In this document: positions 1 through 9,865 of the stretch, piece by piece
How positions within the stretch are numbered: position 1 is the first letter of the stretch
Layout of the letters: each line of letters opens with the position of its first letter
Origin: a virus
Strand: one strand, 5' to 3'
Length of the DNA stretch: 64,000 nucleotides
Virus record (IMG/VR): IMGVR_UViG_3300045995_000108
Span: 1-64,000 of that record
Made by a program: the position numbers and the translations under genes
Notes under the pieces: model-generated
The model's database searches: none
What the model was told of the DNA's origin: nothing
Seen by the model: only the letters and a program-made list of their open reading frames with translations

Positions 1-1500
1 TGTGCGATTTTAGGTTTAGGTGAAATATTTTTTACTTTGTACACTACTATGGTAGGTGGGTATACTACACTAGGACATATTTATAAGGTGTTAGGTTATT
101 TGTTTATATACAAGGCGTTAGTATCGCAAGCATTTGAAGAGCCATATGATGAGCTTGCAGACTCTCACTTGCGTATATCACAGTTGGTAAACTATGACGA
201 GTTAACAGGAATACCAAATAAACAATTGTTCAGGGAACGTGTAGAGCAGGCTATAAAATTGTCAGAACGAACTGAGCAAAGCTTTGCGTTATTTTTCTTA
301 GATCTTGACAATTTTAAGAACGTAAATGACACAATGGGGCATTATGCTGGAGACATTTTGCTGAAGGAAATTAGCAATCGGCTGCAAAATACTATTCGTG
401 ACTGCGACACCGTAGCCAGGGTTGGGGGTGATGAGTTTGTATTATTGGTCCAAAATGTAAACCATGCTGGTGCCACTGTAGTTGCAAAAAATATTATAGA
501 AGCTGTATCTGCACCGTTTACTGTAAACAACAATATCCTACTAAGTACCCCGTCAATAGGAATTTCAATATTTTGGAACGACGGCAGAGATTTTGACACG
601 TTATATCAACACGCAGACACCGCAATGTACACTGCTAAGAATCTTGGCAAGAATAATTATGCATTTTTTACGCAGGCAGTCCAAGACAAGATAGAACGAT
701 CCATGTCTATCGAATCGCATCTTCGAAATGCCATTGCTAACAATGAATTAAGTTTACATTACCAGCCACAGATATCATTGACTACCAATGAGTTAGTCGG
801 TGCAGAAGCTTTATTACGTTGGAACAGTCCTGTACTTGGTATCATGTCACCAGGCGATTTTATTCCTATTGCTGAAAAAACAGGTTTAATAGCTTCAATT
901 GGAAGTTGGGTAATAAGTACAGCTATAGCGCAGATTAAACAATGGGAAGACATAGGCCTTAAAACTGGTAATATTTCAATTAACATCTCAGCAGTGCAAT
1001 TTAACGATCCTAAACTTGCCGAGAAAATATTACAAGAGATAGCAGACTCGAATATAAAACTAACTACGCTAAGTGTTGAACTGACAGAAAGCGTGGCAAT
1101 GAACTTAGGGTCTAATGTTTTTAACATTATGGACAAGCTGCACCGAAATGACATTATGATTAGCATTGACGACTTTGGCACGGGATACTCATCATTGAGC
1201 GTACTTAAGAAGTTTAACATTTCTAAGATAAAGATTGACCAATCTTTTGTACGTGATCTTACAGTAGGTGAAAATGATTCTGCGATAGTTGCCGCAATTA
1301 TTAATATGGCTACAAGCTTAGGGTTCTCCACTATCGCAGAAGGAGTAGAGACATTAGAGCAAGCTACAATACTTAAACAGCTAGGGTGTGCTGAAATTCA
1401 AGGGTACCTAGTCAGTAGAGCTGTGACTGCTGCCAAATTTGAACAATTGGCTAGATATTATGAATCCACCAGTGGGGATACGATTAGTGGTCTTTTGTGA
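1..1500 (+). CDS. Diguanylate cyclase/phosphodiesterase (GGDEF-EAL) with probable MASE3 membrane sensor; 5' truncated by window edge
   Basis: Intact GGDEF (ARVGGDEF), EAL (GAEALLRW) and DDFGTGYSS motifs. Frame is open from base 1 (CAILGLGEIFFTLY...LGHIYKVLGYLFIYKAL), which resembles the MASE3 C-terminus. Confidence 0.92.
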   Translation, partial: CAILGLGEIFFTLYTTMVGGYTTLGHIYKVLGYLFIYKALVSQAFEEPYDELADSHLRISQLVNYDELTGIPNKQLFRERVEQAIKLSERTEQSFALFFLDLDNFKNVNDTMGHYAGDILLKEISNRLQNTIRDCDTVARVGGDEFVLLVQNVNHAGATVVAKNIIEAVSAPFTVNNNILLSTPSIGISIFWNDGRDFDTLYQHADTAMYTAKNLGKNNYAFFTQAVQDKIERSMSIESHLRNAIANNELSLHYQPQISLTTNELVGAEALLRWNSPVLGIMSPGDFIPIAEKTGLIASIGSWVISTAIAQIKQWEDIGLKTGNISINISAVQFNDPKLAEKILQEIADSNIKLTTLSVELTESVAMNLGSNVFNIMDKLHRNDIMISIDDFGTGYSSLSVLKKFNISKIKIDQSFVRDLTVGENDSAIVAAIINMATSLGFSTIAEGVETLEQATILKQLGCAEIQGYLVSRAVTAAKFEQLARYYESTSGDTISGLL

Positions 1501-1547
1501 CAATCCCATCTCCAATAACATTACAAAAGTTAGTTGTAAATACTGAT

Positions 1548-1658
1548 ATGATGAAAATATTAAAAACAATTATAGATATGGCACTGCCGATTGCTATTGC
1601 AGCGGGAATGATCACGCTATTAGTCGCAGTGATCCAAAGCATTCAGTCGCTACTTTAA
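1548..1658 (+). CDS. Small hydrophobic protein (36 aa)
   Basis: Read by hand: MMKILKTIIDMALPIAIAAGMITLLVAVIQSIQSLL; TAAATA box just upstream. Confidence 0.45.
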   Translation: MMKILKTIIDMALPIAIAAGMITLLVAVIQSIQSLL

Positions 1659-2107
1659 CGAGCGTCTGGCCAGTCTTTTAAATACTTACGTATAACGAGA
1701 TCAGAGCGTATTAGCTGAATCATCTTCTTGGACGCAATGTCCAATGAAGGAGACTTCAAATCAGTCTCCTTAGAGTTAGCTAATGTAAGCAGTTTTTCCT
1801 CTGGCTCAAAATTTGGAGGTAATGTCATTGCTGCTAGGTCCCACATTGGAAACTGCAAATCAGTAACAATTTCATACTCCACTATGTTGCACTCTGTGTG
1901 ACGTTTGTCATTGACAATTTTCTTGTACAGTGCGTTTACATTTGCGTGATTGCCTTCTATCGTTTGGAAGTAGAATCCGTGTGTAATAACGAGAAAGGCC
2001 GACAGCTGATGCGTATGATTGTACGTTACCGCAGGCTGTACAAACTCACGGACCGCAGTCATGATGTCTATTGTAGGTTTAGAGATATAAGTCAATCGAA
2101 CTAGCAT
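1655..2107 (-). CDS. BLUF-domain blue-light sensor
   Basis: MLVRLTYIS...N..HQLSAFL...FYFQTIEG..NVNALYKKIVNDKRH...FPMW matches the BLUF consensus, including the catalytic Tyr and Gln; start placed at MLVRL. Confidence 0.88.
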   Translation of the reverse strand: MLVRLTYISKPTIDIMTAVREFVQPAVTYNHTHQLSAFLVITHGFYFQTIEGNHANVNALYKKIVNDKRHTECNIVEYEIVTDLQFPMWDLAAMTLPPNFEPEEKLLTLANSKETDLKSPSLDIASKKMIQLIRSDLVIRKYLKDWPDAR

Positions 2108-2156
2108 TTCGTACTTATAGCGTAAACCATTATTGCAAACAGCGCATAAATACCTG

Positions 2157-2744
2157 ATGCTTATTAAAGAATTACTAGTAGAACGAGTCATCAATGCTTT
2201 TGATGAAAAGACAAAGCTTCACTACGGACAAGAGGTGTGGGATATTTTACAAAAATCCTATGCCAAAGTCCCAGGTGGCTTTGGTTCCGCGGACGACATT
2301 CTTGACCTAATTCAAAAGGGTGACCTCTGGAAGCTTATAACCCGTAACGGTAAGGTTACCGCAGTAGGCATTTATCGTGATCAGTATGGACGCAAAGCTA
2401 TTGCATCTGGAACTGACGGATCTCGCCAAGGACTGATGGACTATAAGATGATTAAAGGCGAAGATCAAAAGTTTCAGCGCTCATGGGCTGAAGTCTCGGG
2501 CAAGCCCGAGGCCGCGATGGTTAAAGCAGGGTTCAAACCACTACCGCATAAGTTCGCAGCAATACTATGCAAGAAGCCAATCATTGAGTTGAACCCAGAT
2601 GGTTATCACTATTCTCGTATGATTGCTGGCGGATTGCACGAAAAGATCATTTATGGCTCAGTTAAAGTTACGCCAGAACTAGCGCATCAGTTAGCTGCTA
2701 TGGGCATTCATTTGCACGAATTGCCATTACAGTTTAAGTCGTAA
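2157..2744 (+). CDS. Hypothetical phage protein, late-expressed (possible head-internal protein)
   Basis: ATAAATA at 2146-2152 immediately upstream; N-terminus MLIKELLVE. Confidence 0.7.
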   Translation: MLIKELLVERVINAFDEKTKLHYGQEVWDILQKSYAKVPGGFGSADDILDLIQKGDLWKLITRNGKVTAVGIYRDQYGRKAIASGTDGSRQGLMDYKMIKGEDQKFQRSWAEVSGKPEAAMVKAGFKPLPHKFAAILCKKPIIELNPDGYHYSRMIAGGLHEKIIYGSVKVTPELAHQLAAMGIHLHELPLQFKS

Positions 2745-3290
2745 CTATCCATTAAGCCCAATTAGCGTAGTTACCGTTTTAAGTTGAGCTTAACGCTCAA
2801 CTGCTCTTCGCTTGCGCTCGAGCCCTATTCTCCATACAGTGATATCTATTCTAGAGACTATGTTTCTATGGTAACCTGATGAATAACATTCCCATAGATT
2901 CAGTCATAATTTGCCTGGGCAAGGCAAATGTATGTGAAAACTTCCCATGAGTTCTTTGGACCATACTGTATAAAAGAGATTCGTTATCGGAACGACGGAG
3001 GCGGTTGACCGGTACCCCCTACTCTAGATTTGACTGTCAGCGGTGGCCATCATAATCCCCTACAGCGAAACTATGACGACGTGTGGTTGTAACTGTTTCA
3101 ACAGAGCCACATCTTTTAGATACTTACGTTGTATCCTGCCGAGTACCACCCAAGAATCCGTAGGCATGCGAAAGCAGAGGCCGCCTCAATGGGGTATAGC
3201 CAAGACGCTATACACTTAGATACTATGTTTTATGTATCCCAGTATGCACTGTAGGCCAAAATAAGTCATTCATTTTGAAATGAATAAATG
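2741..3290. ncRNA. Putative large structured non-coding RNA (class not assigned)
   Basis: No ORF >=60 aa in 2745-3399; more than 10 local and long-range stems of 5-9 bp; a GAAA tetraloop; possible pseudoknot (see findings). Confidence 0.55.
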
Positions 3291-3399
3291 GTTGATTTGT
3301 TCTAAACAACTTTACATTATAGTCGTACCATAGTGCGTGACATTACTGACTGTCTTGTTGTATAATAACTAAATATTAGTACATAAAGGAGCGTACCCG

Positions 3400-5343
3400 A
3401 TGACGATTGCCAATTTGTTCAAGAAGAACTTCGACAAAACAGTTTCTAAGTCAATGACTATTGATGAATACTTGGAACTATGTAAGACAGATAAAATGGC
3501 CTATGCTACAGCCAGTGAACGAATGGTAGCAGCAATCGGTGAGCCGACACTGGTGGATACATCAAAAGATGCAAGATTGTCTCGCATTTTCAGTAATCGC
3601 ACTGTTCGTATCTACCCAGGTTTCAAAGACTTTTACGGCATGGAAGATGCAGTTGAGCGCATCGTTGGCTACTTCCGCCAAAGCGCACAAGGACTAGAAG
3701 AACGCAAGCAGATTTTGTATTTGCTTGGTCCAGTAGGCGGCGGTAAATCGTCCCTTGCAGAAAAGCTAAAAGAATTGATTGAGAAGAATCCTATCTATGT
3801 GCTCGCCACAGAAGCAGGCGAATTGTCTCCTGTGTTCGAATCCCCATTGGGATTGTTCGCGACACCAGAGTACGTTGCAATGATTGGCACTGAGTACGGA
3901 ATCGACAAGCGTTATCTCGAAAGCATCATTTCGCCTTGGGCAATGAAACGCCTTGACGAATACGGTGGCGACATTTCCAAGTTCCGTGTCGTTCGTGTTA
4001 TGCCAAACAAGCTGCGCCAAATCGGTGTAATGAAGACCGAACCAGGCGACGAAAACAATCAGGATATCTCCACCCTAGTAGGCAAGGTTGACATCCGCAA
4101 GTTAGAGGATTTTTCCCAAAATGACACAGACGCATATAGCTACTCGGGTGGTCTCAATCGTTCCAACCAAGGCTTACTCGAGTTCGTTGAGATGTTTAAA
4201 GCGCCGATCAAAGTGCTTCACCCTTTACTTACAGCCACACAAGAAGGCAACTACGTCGGCACCGAAGCAATATCGGCAATTCCTTTCCAAGGAATCGTCC
4301 TCGCACACAGTAACGAGTCCGAGTGGACAACGTTTAGAAATAACAAGAACAACGAAGCTTTCCTGGATCGCATATGCGTCATTAAAGTCCCATATAGCCT
4401 TCGTGTTACGGAAGAACAAAAGATTTACGAAAAAATGATCACCGGCTCGGGGTTATCTGCTGCACCCTGCGCTCCACAGACGATTGAGATGATGGCACAA
4501 TTCTCGGTTCTAACACGTTTGTACGACCATGAAAACAGCAATTTGTACAGTAAGATGCGAGTATACGATGGACAAAACATCCGTGAACAAGATCCAAAAG
4601 CAAAGAGCATTCAAGAATATCGTGACGTAGCAGGCGTAAACGAGGGCATGGAAGGAATTTCAACACGCTTTGCGTATAAGATTCTGTCCAAAGTATTCAA
4701 CTACACACCAGAAGAGATCGCAGCTGATCCCGTCCATCTAATGGTGATACTTGAAGACTCCATCAAGCGTGAACAGTTTGGTGACGACCGTGAATCAAAG
4801 TACCTTGGCTTCATTAAGAGCGACCTCGCTCCTAAGTACGCAGAGTTCCTTGGTAACGAGATTCAAAAGGCATATTTGGAATCCTATGGCGAGTACGGAC
4901 AAAACTTGTTCGACCGTTACGTAGACTTTGCTGATTCGTGGATTCAAGACATTGAGTTCAAGGACCCAGACACTGGCTTGATGATGGATCGCAAGATGCT
5001 GAACGAAGAACTTGAGAAGATTGAAAAGCCAGCAGGCATTGCCAATCCTAAGGACTTCCGCAATGAGATCGTTACGTTCTGTCTACGTGCCCGTGCCAAG
5101 GTAGAGAACGCAGGTAAGAACCCAGCATGGACAAGTTATGCTATCCTGCGCGACGTAATTGAAAAGAAGATGTTCTCCCAAGTTGAGGACTTACTTCCTG
5201 TCATCTCCTTTGAAGGTAAGAAGGACAAGGACCTTGAGAAGAAACACAACGACTTTATAGCACGTATGTCCGAGCGTGGATACACACCTAAACAAATTCG
5301 TAGACTGTGCGATTGGTATCAACGAGTTCGTAAGAGCAGCTAA
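3400..5343 (+). CDS. prkA: PrkA/YeaG family AAA+ serine protein kinase
   Basis: Walker A GPVGGGKS; TEPGDENNQDISTLVGKVDIRKLE; EFVEMFKAPIKVLHPLLTATQEGNY; 647 aa; AAGGAG RBS. Confidence 0.96.
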   Translation: MTIANLFKKNFDKTVSKSMTIDEYLELCKTDKMAYATASERMVAAIGEPTLVDTSKDARLSRIFSNRTVRIYPGFKDFYGMEDAVERIVGYFRQSAQGLEERKQILYLLGPVGGGKSSLAEKLKELIEKNPIYVLATEAGELSPVFESPLGLFATPEYVAMIGTEYGIDKRYLESIISPWAMKRLDEYGGDISKFRVVRVMPNKLRQIGVMKTEPGDENNQDISTLVGKVDIRKLEDFSQNDTDAYSYSGGLNRSNQGLLEFVEMFKAPIKVLHPLLTATQEGNYVGTEAISAIPFQGIVLAHSNESEWTTFRNNKNNEAFLDRICVIKVPYSLRVTEEQKIYEKMITGSGLSAAPCAPQTIEMMAQFSVLTRLYDHENSNLYSKMRVYDGQNIREQDPKAKSIQEYRDVAGVNEGMEGISTRFAYKILSKVFNYTPEEIAADPVHLMVILEDSIKREQFGDDRESKYLGFIKSDLAPKYAEFLGNEIQKAYLESYGEYGQNLFDRYVDFADSWIQDIEFKDPDTGLMMDRKMLNEELEKIEKPAGIANPKDFRNEIVTFCLRARAKVENAGKNPAWTSYAILRDVIEKKMFSQVEDLLPVISFEGKKDKDLEKKHNDFIARMSERGYTPKQIRRLCDWYQRVRKSS

Positions 5344-5355
5344 CAAAGGCGGCAC

Positions 5356-6639
5356 ATGGCAAATATAATTGACCGCCGCCTTAACCCAAAAGACAAACAG
5401 ATCAAGAATCGTCAGAAGTTTGTCCAGCGGTCCCGCGAGCAGATTAAAAAAGCTGTAAAGGATTCCATTGACTCTGGTAACATAGCTGACATTGAAGATG
5501 GTAAAGCTAAGATCAAAGTCAAAGGCATTGGAGAGCCAACTTTTGGTACAGACCCTAAAACAGGCGACAAGAAATATGTCATGCCTGGTAATAAGGAGTT
5601 TGTGCAAGGTGACAAACAAGACAAGCCACCAGAGGAAGAAGGCGGTGGTGGCACTGCCGGAGGACTAGGCACAAGTGAAGACGATTTTGAGTTTGTACTT
5701 AATCCTGAAGAGTATCTTAACTTCATCTTTGACGACCTTGAGCTGCCTGATCTAATCAAGAAGCAAATGAAGGACGTTACCAAGGTAAAGCCTAAACGTG
5801 CTGGCTTCTCCAACGCAGGCAACCCAGCTCAGCTTGATGTCGTTCGCTCCCTAAAGAACAGCATGGGACGCCGCATTGGCTTATCGCGCCCCAAGAAGAA
5901 AGACATTGAAGCACTAGAAGCAGAGATTCTTGAACTTGAAGCTGTAATGAGTGGTAACCCATTCAACAGTGCCGCTAATGCTCGTTGGAAGATAGCGACA
6001 GAAGAACTTGCTGCAATGCGTAAGCGTATGCACGCCGTGCCTTGGATGGACCCGTTTGATATCCGCTACCGTGCGTTCACTATGCAGCCACAGCCAATGA
6101 CCAAAGCAGTAATGTTCTGTGTCATGGACGTATCTGGTTCTATGGGACAACGCGAGAAGGATCTTGCTAAACGCTTTTTCTTCTTCTTGCATATGTTCCT
6201 CCGCCGCAAGTACGAGAAGGTAGAGATCATCTTCATTAAGCACCACGAAACAGCATACGAAGTTTCTGAAGACGACTTCTTCCACAGTAAAGACAGCGGT
6301 GGTACGGTTGTGTCTGGTGCGCTGGAACTAACAACTAACATTCTCAAAGAGCGTTACAATCTAAACGATTGGAACATCTATGTTGCTCAAGCAAGCGACG
6401 GCGACAACTATGCCGCAGACCACGACAAGTCCCTTAACTGTATGCACGCCTTATTGCCTCTTGTGCAATATTTTGCGTATGTAGAGATTGGTCGTGCATA
6501 CGGTACAGCAAGGGCGACAGACTTGTGGGATACTTATCAGCAGTTGCGCGAAGAGTATCACCAGCTTAACATGCGGGTTGTGCAGGATAAGAAAGATATC
6601 TGGAAAGTATTTAAAGAGCTATTCTCTAAGGAACATTAA
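5356..6639 (+). CDS. yeaH: YeaH/YhbH (DUF444) vWA-like protein
   Basis: IIDRRLN N-terminus, AVMFCVMDVSGSM, GGTVVS and YVAQASDGDN motifs; directly follows prkA. Confidence 0.95.
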   Translation: MANIIDRRLNPKDKQIKNRQKFVQRSREQIKKAVKDSIDSGNIADIEDGKAKIKVKGIGEPTFGTDPKTGDKKYVMPGNKEFVQGDKQDKPPEEEGGGGTAGGLGTSEDDFEFVLNPEEYLNFIFDDLELPDLIKKQMKDVTKVKPKRAGFSNAGNPAQLDVVRSLKNSMGRRIGLSRPKKKDIEALEAEILELEAVMSGNPFNSAANARWKIATEELAAMRKRMHAVPWMDPFDIRYRAFTMQPQPMTKAVMFCVMDVSGSMGQREKDLAKRFFFFLHMFLRRKYEKVEIIFIKHHETAYEVSEDDFFHSKDSGGTVVSGALELTTNILKERYNLNDWNIYVAQASDGDNYAADHDKSLNCMHALLPLVQYFAYVEIGRAYGTARATDLWDTYQQLREEYHQLNMRVVQDKKDIWKVFKELFSKEH

Positions 6640-8087
6640 TGTCCAAATTACTATATGATAGCGACGACTGGTCGTTTGAACGTCTAGGCATTGTAGAAGA
6701 TGCAATTAAAGAGATAGCATACGACGAGTTGAACCTTGACGTCTATCCTAACCAGATTGAGATCATCTCCTCTGACCAAATGCTTGAGGCATACGCAAGC
6801 ATTGGTCTCCCACTGATGTACGATCACTGGAGTTTTGGTAAATCGTTCATCCAGCAAGAGCAATCGTATCGCAAAGGCCACCAAGGGCTTGCATACGAGA
6901 TTGTTATTAACAGTTCGCCTTGCATCTCCTACTTGATGGAGGAAAATTCCATGACAATGCAAGCATTGGTTATTGCTCATGCTTGTTACGGACACAATCA
7001 CTTCTTCAAGAACAACTACTTGTTCAAGCAATGGACTGATGCAGAGGGCATCCTTGACTACTTACAGTTTGCAAAGAACTATGTTGCAAAATGCGAAGAG
7101 AAGCATGGACGTCAAGCAGTAGAGGATACACTGGATGCCTGCCACGCTATTATGGACTACGGCGTTGATCGTTACAAGCGCCCAAGTAAGTTGAGCAAAG
7201 CTGCTGAAATGGAAGCACAAGAGCAACGTGCAGAGCGTGTACAACGCGAGGCAAATGAATTGTGGTCCACGATACCCAAGAAAGACAAAAAGGATGAGAA
7301 GGTTGTTAAGACATTTCCGTCTGAGCCACAAGAGAACCTTATGTACTTCATTGAGAAGCACAGTCCTGTTCTTGAATCGTGGCAACGTGAGTTGGTGCGT
7401 ATTGTACGTAAGACAGCACAATACTTTTATCCGCAACGGCAAACACAAGTGATGAACGAAGGTTGGGCCAGCTTTACACATTACTTTATTATGAACCGTC
7501 TGTGGGAAAAAGGACAAATCAGTGATGGCAACATGATGGAGTTCTTGCACTCGCACTCTGGGGTGTTGACGCAAAGGAAATTCAATGACAAACACTACTC
7601 CGGATTTAATCCTTATGCTATTGGGTTTGATCTCTATACTGATATTCGCCGTATATGCTCCGAACCCACCAAAGAAGATGAAGAGTTCTTTCCGCACCTG
7701 GTGGGTCAACCTTGGCTTCCCACTTGTCTTGACGCTGTGCGTAATTATCGTGATGAAAGCTTCATTTCACAGTTTCTGAGCCCACACCTAATTCGCAAGT
7801 GGGGATTGTTTGAGATTACAAACAAGGCTGCTGACAAGCATGTAACCATCTCCAACATTCAAGATGCTCGTGGGTACAATGCAGTACGCCAAAGCCTTGC
7901 ACAACAATATTCCGCAACATCACGCCAGCCGGACATTCAAGTCGTGGATGCTAACTTGCGTGGCAACCGCGAGTTGAAGCTGCAATACACATCACGCAAT
8001 GGCGCAAAGCTAAACAAGGACAAGGACAAAGTATTGTCCCACATTGGTAAGCTTTGGGGACACACTGTAACGATGTCTGACAAGTGA
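6639..8087 (+). CDS. ycgB: SpoVR/YcgB family protein
   Basis: HWSFGK, GLAYEIVINSSPCISYLMEEN, HACYGHNHFFKNN, QVMNEGWASF; canonical third gene of the prkA-yeaH-spoVR trio. Confidence 0.95.
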   Translation: MSKLLYDSDDWSFERLGIVEDAIKEIAYDELNLDVYPNQIEIISSDQMLEAYASIGLPLMYDHWSFGKSFIQQEQSYRKGHQGLAYEIVINSSPCISYLMEENSMTMQALVIAHACYGHNHFFKNNYLFKQWTDAEGILDYLQFAKNYVAKCEEKHGRQAVEDTLDACHAIMDYGVDRYKRPSKLSKAAEMEAQEQRAERVQREANELWSTIPKKDKKDEKVVKTFPSEPQENLMYFIEKHSPVLESWQRELVRIVRKTAQYFYPQRQTQVMNEGWASFTHYFIMNRLWEKGQISDGNMMEFLHSHSGVLTQRKFNDKHYSGFNPYAIGFDLYTDIRRICSEPTKEDEEFFPHLVGQPWLPTCLDAVRNYRDESFISQFLSPHLIRKWGLFEITNKAADKHVTISNIQDARGYNAVRQSLAQQYSATSRQPDIQVVDANLRGNRELKLQYTSRNGAKLNKDKDKVLSHIGKLWGHTVTMSDK

Positions 8088-8141
8088 TTTGACACTTAAT
8101 TCACCTTAATGTACACTGTAGCTATAGAAGGAGTAACGGTT

Positions 8142-8657
8142 ATGAAAAAAGGTGAAATGCTTGCAAAGATGTTGGTAATTGCTACCAACGCCCACGCTGG
8201 TCAGTTTGATAAGGGTGGAAATCCGTATATTTTGCACCCCTTGAAAGTGATGCACTATCTCAAGAGTGATGACGAGGAACTGCAATGTATTGCACTGGGA
8301 CACGATGTAATTGAAGATTGCAGCGGCAAGAAGATCTTTGTTGATGGGGAAGAAAAAGAAATCAGCTACTCAATGTTCCGCGAAGAAGGCATTAGCGAAC
8401 GGGTTATTGACGGCATTAAGGGAATGACAAAGGTTCCTGGACAAACGTACGAAGAATACAAAGAAGGCGTGTTTGACAATGTTGACAGCATGAAGGGCAA
8501 AATGGCTGACTTGCGTCACAACAGCGATATCCGCCGTCTCAAGGGTGTTACTGAAAAGGACGTTGCCCGTATTGCAAAGTACATGAAGTTTTACAGCGAA
8601 ATTCAAGCAAAGCTGGCAGAAACTGCAACTGTTTTGAAATCCAAAAAAGTACATTGA
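8142..8657 (+). CDS. HD-domain hydrolase, RelA/SpoT-type (small alarmone hydrolase-like)
   Basis: AHAGQFDKGGNPYILHP, ALGHDVIED, KMADLRHN; AAGGAG RBS. Confidence 0.85.
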   Translation: MKKGEMLAKMLVIATNAHAGQFDKGGNPYILHPLKVMHYLKSDDEELQCIALGHDVIEDCSGKKIFVDGEEKEISYSMFREEGISERVIDGIKGMTKVPGQTYEEYKEGVFDNVDSMKGKMADLRHNSDIRRLKGVTEKDVARIAKYMKFYSEIQAKLAETATVLKSKKVH

Positions 8658-8714
8658 GTTGACCCTAAAATCCACTTATTGTACAATAGTGGCTTAGTAA
8701 ATAGGAGTTTGAAC

Positions 8715-8891
8715 ATGTCTGAAGCCCGTACTTATCATGTGTTTTACAATGGCACGAAGCGTGAACTCGTTGCCTCGTCCTCGTACAATGCGCAAAAACT
8801 TGCTGCACAATTGCTCAAGGTTCCTGCCAAAAAGCAGTATATGATCTCTGTCGTTCTTGCTGACGTCCCCGTGTCAACCGCGAGCCTTTAA
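8715..8891 (+). CDS. Hypothetical early protein
   Basis: Early promoter plus AGGAG RBS upstream. Confidence 0.7.
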   Translation: MSEARTYHVFYNGTKRELVASSSYNAQKLAAQLLKVPAKKQYMISVVLADVPVSTASL

Positions 8892-9442
8892 TGACGACGA
8901 TTGTTTACTTGCATGGTTTTGCGAGCACTGGTGATTCTGATAAGTCCCGCGCTATTCGTGAGCGTTTTCCGGACTGTACGGTTCTTGCCCCTGACCTTTC
9001 GCCCAACTGCGGCGCTGAGATCATAAAGCTTTTGAGCGACAACCCATCAAAAAAGTACGTTTTCGTTGGGACATCGCTGGGCGGATTTTGGGCCAATGTG
9101 TTTGCCCACGTGACTGGATTCAGTGCAGTGTTGGTCAATCCATCCATCACCCCATCCGTGTCACTTAAAGGGGCAGTGGCAAAAAATTACAAAACTGGCG
9201 ATCTTGTAACCGTCACTGACACAGACATCAATGACATCAAAGCTGCTGAGCACCTTATTTCACATTTGTACACGGGCAAGCTTGTCTCGCTATTCCTTGC
9301 GACGGATGACGATGTCATTCCCTGGGAACCAACTTTAAAAGCACTAAAAGGCTACGACTCCGTATTAATCACTAAGGATGGCGGACACCGTTATGCACTG
9401 CACTGGGACAAAGTCCTGGATAAAGTAGCTGAGCTCATTTGA
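8891..9442 (+). CDS. YqiA/UPF0227-like alpha/beta hydrolase (esterase)
   Basis: YLHGFAS, nucleophile motif GTSLGG, LVNP, DDVI, GGH. Confidence 0.88.
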   Translation: MTTIVYLHGFASTGDSDKSRAIRERFPDCTVLAPDLSPNCGAEIIKLLSDNPSKKYVFVGTSLGGFWANVFAHVTGFSAVLVNPSITPSVSLKGAVAKNYKTGDLVTVTDTDINDIKAAEHLISHLYTGKLVSLFLATDDDVIPWEPTLKALKGYDSVLITKDGGHRYALHWDKVLDKVAELI

Positions 9443-9499
9443 CCATTAAATGGTTTTATTGTACAATAGTGGCTTAGTAAGTAGTTAACGGAGTCAAAA

Positions 9500-9865
9500 A
9501 TGTTTGCAGTTAAAGTTGGTGATGAAGTTGGTTTTGGTCGTTGCTCGCGCTACACTGGTTACCAGTCCGCTGGCTTCAGCACTGTTATCAAAGTTAACGG
9601 CCACGGTCACATCACCCTTGCAGACGGTAAGGTTTTTGACAAGTATGGCGATGAGCGCAAGAAGACTTACGGTGTGCATCTGATCCCTGCTGATGACCTG
9701 CGTACCTCGCAAGCATTGGTGAAAGCAGAGCGCGACCAAGCGCACGCCGTCCGCACAATCGAGCAAAAGATCAAGGATCTGTGGTCCTACTCTGGCACTG
9801 TGCACGTTACCCCTGAGCGCAAGGCAGAACTGTTGGCACTGGTGGGGCACTGTAATGTTTATTGA
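9500..9865 (+). CDS. Hypothetical early protein
   Basis: Early promoter and GGAG RBS upstream. Confidence 0.7.
   Translation: MFAVKVGDEVGFGRCSRYTGYQSAGFSTVIKVNGHGHITLADGKVFDKYGDERKKTYGVHLIPADDLRTSQALVKAERDQAHAVRTIEQKIKDLWSYSGTVHVTPERKAELLALVGHCNVY

Noticed and set aside
2741-3290. tRNA, tmRNA, RNase P RNA or group I intron
   Set aside because: No T-loop/CCA ends, no RNase P GAGGAAAGTCC core on either strand by eye, and the flanking genes are complete rather than interrupted.
1-8657. Interpretation as a bacterial chromosome or prophage junction because of host-like genes
   Set aside because: Phage late-type TAAATA boxes and phage-type ORFs are interleaved with these genes, and no integrase, att site or housekeeping synteny is visible.
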